In this document: positions 30,623 through 37,479 of the stretch, piece by piece
Numbering within the stretch: the first letter of the stretch is position 1
Layout: each line of letters starts with the position of its first letter
Source: Betaproteobacteria bacterium
GTDB lineage: Bacteria > Pseudomonadota > Gammaproteobacteria > Burkholderiales > SG8-41
DNA: 37,479 nt
Assembly (NCBI GenBank): GCA_043752435.1
Contig: JAYUYQ010000042.1
Span: 1 to 37,479 of the forward strand
Reading direction: 5' to 3'
Position numbers and translations under genes: made by a program
Notes under the pieces: model-generated
What the model was told of the DNA's origin: nothing
The model's database searches: none
The model's input: only the letters and a program-made list of their open reading frames with translations

Positions 30623-31864
30623 CTGGTAGTAGACGACGAAGTAGGCATCCGCGAACTGCTCTCGGAAATTCTTTCCGATGAAGGTTACGATGTGCAGCTC
30701 GCGGAAAACGCAGGCGCTGCCCGCGCATTCCGTACCCAGATCCGGCCGGACTTGGTGCTGCTCGATATCTGGATGCCGGATACCGATGGCATCACCCTGC
30801 TCAAGGAATGGGCCAGCAGCGGGCAACTGACCATGCCGGTGGTGATGATGTCGGGTCACGGCACCATCGACACTGCGGTTGAAGCCACCCGCATCGGCGC
30901 CTATGATTTCCTCGAAAAGCCGATTGCCCTGCAAAAACTGCTGACGACCGTTGGCCGCGCAATTACCCGCGGCGAACAGCGGCCGCATACCGCGGCCGCG
31001 CTGGCGATGCTGGGGCGCACGCCGGTGATCCAGGAACTGAAACAACGCCTCGAGCGCATTGCTGCCGGTCGCGCGCCGGTGCTGATCCAGGGCGCGCCGG
31101 GCTGTGCCTTCGAGGCCTGCGCGCGCGCGCTGCATGTACCGAGCAATCCGTGGCACGTGGTTGATCATGGCGCGCAGACCGTTGAGGCGCCGCTGGACCT
31201 GCTGCAGGCCGCCCGTGGCGGCACTTTGTTTGTGCGTGATGTCGCCGAATTCAGCAAACTCGAGCAGCGTGGTCTGCAGGTGTTGTTGTCGCAGGCTGAG
31301 CGCTATAACGTGCGCGTGGTATGCGCTGCGACGCGCCCCTTGTCCAAACTGGTGGCCGAGGGCGGCTATGACGACCGCGTTTATCAACTGCTGGGCGCGA
31401 CCACTATCCAGTTGCCCTTGCTGCGCGATCAGCGTGATGACATACCGGAACTCGCCGGCGTCATGCTTAATGATCTGGTCGAGCAGAAACTGGTGCCGCC
31501 CCGGCATTTCAGCACAGCCGCGCTGAATGCCCTGCGTACCCATGACTGGCCGGGCAATTTTTCAGAATTGCGCAGTGTGGTGCAAACTCTGGCCAATACC
31601 GCCGTCGGCGAACAGATTGCCGTGGAAGAAGTTCAACGCGCGTTGCCTCAGTCTGCGGCACCGAATGCCGCTGCATCGCTGCATCTCGACGCACCGCTGC
31701 GCGAGGCGCGCGACGCCTTCGAACGCGTCTATTTTGAGTACCATCTGGCCCGTGAAGGCGGCAATATCAGCAGGGTGGCTGATGTCGTGGGCCTCGAGCG
31801 TACGCATTTGTATCGCAAGCTCAAACACCTGGGCATCAAGACTTCACGCAAGATCGAGGAGTGA
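30611..31864 (+). CDS. ntrX: Response regulator NtrX (REC, degenerate AAA+ domain, Fis-type HTH)
   Basis: 417-aa ORF. The REC domain reads MRQILVVDDE...LVLLDIWMPDTDG. The central domain aligns to the NtrC family but has GAPGCAFE where GESGTGKE is expected and GGTLFVRDVAE where GGTLFLDEIGE is expected. The C-terminal HTH is GGNISRVADVVGLERTHLYRKLK. Confidence 0.92.
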   Translation: MRQILVVDDEVGIRELLSEILSDEGYDVQLAENAGAARAFRTQIRPDLVLLDIWMPDTDGITLLKEWASSGQLTMPVVMMSGHGTIDTAVEATRIGAYDFLEKPIALQKLLTTVGRAITRGEQRPHTAAALAMLGRTPVIQELKQRLERIAAGRAPVLIQGAPGCAFEACARALHVPSNPWHVVDHGAQTVEAPLDLLQAARGGTLFVRDVAEFSKLEQRGLQVLLSQAERYNVRVVCAATRPLSKLVAEGGYDDRVYQLLGATTIQLPLLRDQRDDIPELAGVMLNDLVEQKLVPPRHFSTAALNALRTHDWPGNFSELRSVVQTLANTAVGEQIAVEEVQRALPQSAAPNAAASLHLDAPLREARDAFERVYFEYHLAREGGNISRVADVVGLERTHLYRKLKHLGIKTSRKIEE

Positions 31865-31927
31865 CCGGACCCGCTGCATCGCCGGTCGCAGCCTTATCCC
31901 CCTTCACCGTGGCAATGGCGCTGCCGC

Positions 31928-31933
31928 TATAAT
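31928..31933 (+). promoter_or_regulatory. Perfect TATAAT hexamer upstream of tkt (candidate -10)
   Basis: TATAAT lies 56 nt upstream of the tkt ATG. The best -35-like hexamer, TTCACC, sits at a poor 19-nt spacing, so support is weak. Confidence 0.25.
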
Positions 31934-31989
31934 TAAGACTTTTCCGCCCGCTGTTTCATCAGAATCGTTTCGCCAGGATCAAGCAAGCC

Positions 31990-35027
<3,038 letters not shown>

Positions 35028-35049
35028 GCGCAGAGGGACCGGCAACAGC

Positions 35050-36231
35050 ATGAAGTTTTTACGACTTACTGATTTGCCGCTTGCCGGCAAACGCGTATTC
35101 ATTCGCGCCGATCTGAATGTCCCGCAGGACGCCGCCGGCAACATCAGCGAAGACACGCGCATCCGCGCCACCATTCCCGGCATCAAACACGCGCTGGCCG
35201 CCGGTGCTGCGGTGATGGTGACCTCCCACCTCGGCCGCCCGACCGAAGGCACGCTCAAACCCGAGGACTCACTGGCGCCGATCGCGAAACGGCTGGCCGA
35301 GGTGCTTGGTCAGCCAGTACCCCTGGTGCAACACTGGGTTGAGAACGGCGTAGACGTCAAACCCGGTGAAGTCGTGCTGCTGGAAAACTGCCGCGTCAAC
35401 AAGGGCGAGAAAAAAAATGACGAAGCGCTGGCGCGAAAAATGGCCGCACTGTGTGATGTGTATGTGAACGACGCCTTCGGCACTGCACATCGTGCCGAAG
35501 CCACGACCCACGGCATCGCGAAATTCGCGCCGGTGGCCTGCGCCGGTCCGCTGATGGCGGCTGAACTCGATGCGCTGGGCAAGGCGCTGAGCAATCCAGC
35601 ACGACCCTTGCTGGCCATCGTTGCCGGCTCCAAAGTATCGACCAAACTGACCATTCTCAAAGCGCTGGCGTCCAAGGTGGACCAGCTGATTGTGGGTGGC
35701 GGTATTGCCAATACCTTCATGCTCGCTTCCGGCATGTGCATCGGCAAATCGCTGGCCGAACCCGATCTGGTCGGCGAAGCGCAAGCCATCATCGACATCA
35801 TGAAGGCGCGCGGCGCCACGGTGCCGCTGCCGGTGGATGTGGTGGTTGCTGATGAACTGTCAGCACTGGCGCGGGCCAATCCGATCGCGGCCGATGCGGT
35901 GCGGACCGACGATCTGATTCTCGATGTCGGCGCCAAAACTGCAAAAACCTTCGCCGGACTGATCGCCAAAGCCGGCACCATCGTCTGGAACGGTCCGGTC
36001 GGCGTGTTTGAATATGACCAGTTCGCCGGCGGCACCAAAGCGATTGCTGAAGCCATTGCCGCATCACCGGCGTTTTCCATTGCCGGCGGCGGCGATACCC
36101 TGGCGGCGGTTGCTAAATACGGTATCGCCGACAAGGTGTCCTATATTTCCACCGGCGGCGGGGCGTTCCTGGAGTTTCTTGAGGGCAAAACGCTGCCGGC
36201 GGTTGAGGTACTGGAGCAGCGGGCAAAATAA
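35050..36231 (+). CDS. pgk: Phosphoglycerate kinase
   Basis: 393-aa ORF containing [17 protein letters not shown], and GGGDT...[14 protein letters not shown]. Confidence 0.98.
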   Translation: MKFLRLTDLPLAGKRVFIRADLNVPQDAAGNISEDTRIRATIPGIKHALAAGAAVMVTSHLGRPTEGTLKPEDSLAPIAKRLAEVLGQPVPLVQHWVENGVDVKPGEVVLLENCRVNKGEKKNDEALARKMAALCDVYVNDAFGTAHRAEATTHGIAKFAPVACAGPLMAAELDALGKALSNPARPLLAIVAGSKVSTKLTILKALASKVDQLIVGGGIANTFMLASGMCIGKSLAEPDLVGEAQAIIDIMKARGATVPLPVDVVVADELSALARANPIAADAVRTDDLILDVGAKTAKTFAGLIAKAGTIVWNGPVGVFEYDQFAGGTKAIAEAIAASPAFSIAGGGDTLAAVAKYGIADKVSYISTGGGAFLEFLEGKTLPAVEVLEQRAK

Positions 36232-36255
36232 GATCGCGCAAATAAGATCGCGCAA
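36226..36255. repeat. Perfect 14-nt tandem duplication (AATAAGATCGCGCA x2, plus a degenerate third partial copy) containing the pgk stop codon
   Basis: Positions 36226-36241 are identical to 36240-36255. TAA occurs at 36229, 36243 and, in the degenerate copy CAACATAAGG, at 36258. Confidence 0.9.
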
Positions 36256-36322
36256 CATAAGGCAGGGCGGCACGCGCATTCAGCGCGCGCCGGACGCAGC
36301 ACTTCCGGAATAGGTGGCGCAG

Positions 36323-37479
36323 ATGATCCGCAGAACAAAAGTGGTGGCCACACTGGGCCCCGCGTCCAGCGACGCGAAAACACTGGCCCGCATGATCGAA
36401 GCCGGCCTCGACGTGGTGCGCATCAATTTTTCCCATGGCACGCCCGATGAACACCGGGCGCGGGTGAATTTGGTGCGCCAGCTGGCGCGCAAAGCCGGCC
36501 GTGCGGTCGGCGTGCTGGTCGACCTGCAGGGTCCGAAAATCCGCATCGGCAAATTCAAGGATGGCAAAATCACGCTGGTTCAGGGCGCGAAATTCGTTCT
36601 CGATGCCGAATGCAAACTGGGTGATCAGAATGTTGTCGGCCTGGATTACAAAAACCTGCCCAAGGATGTGCGCACCGGCGACACGCTGCTGCTCGACGAC
36701 GGCCGCCTGGTGCTTGGTGTCGTCAACGTGCGCGGGCCGCGCATCACCACGGTGGTGGAACAGGGCGGCCTGCTGTCGAACAACAAGGGCATCAATCGCA
36801 AGGGCGGCGGCTTGACCGCGCCGGCGCTGACTGAAAAAGACAAGCAGGACATCAAACTCGCCGCGGAACTGAAGGCTGATTTCCTCGGGGTGTCATTCCC
36901 GCGTTCGGGCGAGGATGTGCGCTGGGCGCGCGACCTGCTCACCAAAGCCGGCGGCCATGGCTTGATCGTGTCCAAGATTGAACGCGCCGAGGCGATACCG
37001 GCGCTGGAGGAAATCCTCGACGCCTCCGATGCCATCATGGTGGCGCGCGGTGACCTCGCTGTAGAAGTCGGTGATGCTGTGGTGCCGGCGCTGCAGAAGA
37101 AGATGATCCGCATGGCGCGCGAAAAGCAGAAACTGACGATCACTGCGACGCAGATGATGGAGTCGATGATCTCCAGTCCGATCCCCACCCGCGCCGAAGT
37201 GTCTGATGTGGCGAATGCCGTGCTCGACGGCACCGATGCAGTGATGCTGTCGGCGGAAACCGCCGCCGGTCAATATCCCGTTGAGACCATCGCCGCGATG
37301 GTGCGCGTCTGCATCGAGGCTGAAAAAGAGGACGTTACTTATCCGGAGCGCATGGGTGGACTCAAAGAGTTCGACGTCGAGCAGGCGATTGCCCGTGCCA
37401 CCGCATTTACGGCCAAGGGTCTGGCGATCAAAGCCATTGCCGCCCTGACCCAGAGCGGGCGCACCGCGCTGATGATGTC
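36323..37479 (+). CDS. pyk: Pyruvate kinase; C-terminal end cut by the window edge
   Basis: Absent from the track because there is no stop in the window. The ATG at 36323, preceded by AGGTGG, reads MIRRTKVVATLGPASSD...VVRINFSHG...DLQGPKIRIG...MVARGDLAVEV...ATQMMESM. The frame is open to the window end. Confidence 0.96.
   Translation, partial: MIRRTKVVATLGPASSDAKTLARMIEAGLDVVRINFSHGTPDEHRARVNLVRQLARKAGRAVGVLVDLQGPKIRIGKFKDGKITLVQGAKFVLDAECKLGDQNVVGLDYKNLPKDVRTGDTLLLDDGRLVLGVVNVRGPRITTVVEQGGLLSNNKGINRKGGGLTAPALTEKDKQDIKLAAELKADFLGVSFPRSGEDVRWARDLLTKAGGHGLIVSKIERAEAIPALEEILDASDAIMVARGDLAVEVGDAVVPALQKKMIRMAREKQKLTITATQMMESMISSPIPTRAEVSDVANAVLDGTDAVMLSAETAAGQYPVETIAAMVRVCIEAEKEDVTYPERMGGLKEFDVEQAIARATAFTAKGLAIKAIAALTQSGRTALMM

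Noticed and set aside
31862-31890. Hairpin TGACCGG-13 nt-CCGGTCG right after the ntrX stop, as a terminator
   Set aside because: The stem is only 6-7 bp, the loop is large, and no T-run follows. I did not consider it supportable.

Overview
This window is an origin-proximal, housekeeping stretch of a moderately GC-rich proteobacterial chromosome. The gene order and protein signatures look betaproteobacterial, but that is inference; no database search was possible. Gene order: atpD(partial)<atpG<atpA<atpH<atpF<atpE<atpB<atpI, parB<parA<rsmG<mnmG, two parS sites, mnmE<yidC<rnpA<rpmH <> dnaA>dnaN>gyrB >< topB<dprA<tsaP-like LysM gene <> def>fmt>rsmB>DUF4390>ntrY>ntrX, tkt>gap>pgk>pyk(partial). 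These 32 protein genes fill almost the whole window, and the spacers are short. I found no tRNA or rRNA genes, CRISPR arrays, transposases, integrases, phage genes, defence genes or other accessory content. I also saw no obvious compositional island. My honest reading is that this is ordinary core genome with no convincing new multi-gene system. The points worth a second look are mostly non-coding or gene-level details: (1) two near-consensus parS centromere sites between mnmE and mnmG; (2) an AT-rich dnaA-dnaN spacer with DnaA-box-like 9-mers, which is the best oriC/DUE candidate; (3) an uncharacterised secreted DUF4390 protein whose gene overlaps both rsmB and ntrY; (4) an NtrX whose AAA+ module has lost Walker A/B and has no GAFTGA-like segment; (5) perfect or near-perfect 13-14 nt tandem duplications exactly at three cistron boundaries (ntrX start, pgk stop, atpF stop), plus an 11-nt direct repeat in the atpG-atpD spacer; (6) a long-form topoisomerase III linked to dprA and a TsaP-like LysM protein. 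Several ORF-track starts were trimmed: mnmG, parA, fmt, rnpA, ntrY, rsmB and the LysM gene. The track translates GTG and TTG starts as M. atpD, pyk and rpmH are absent from the track and were read directly from the sequence. Small-motif coordinates were counted by hand and could be off by 1-2 nt.
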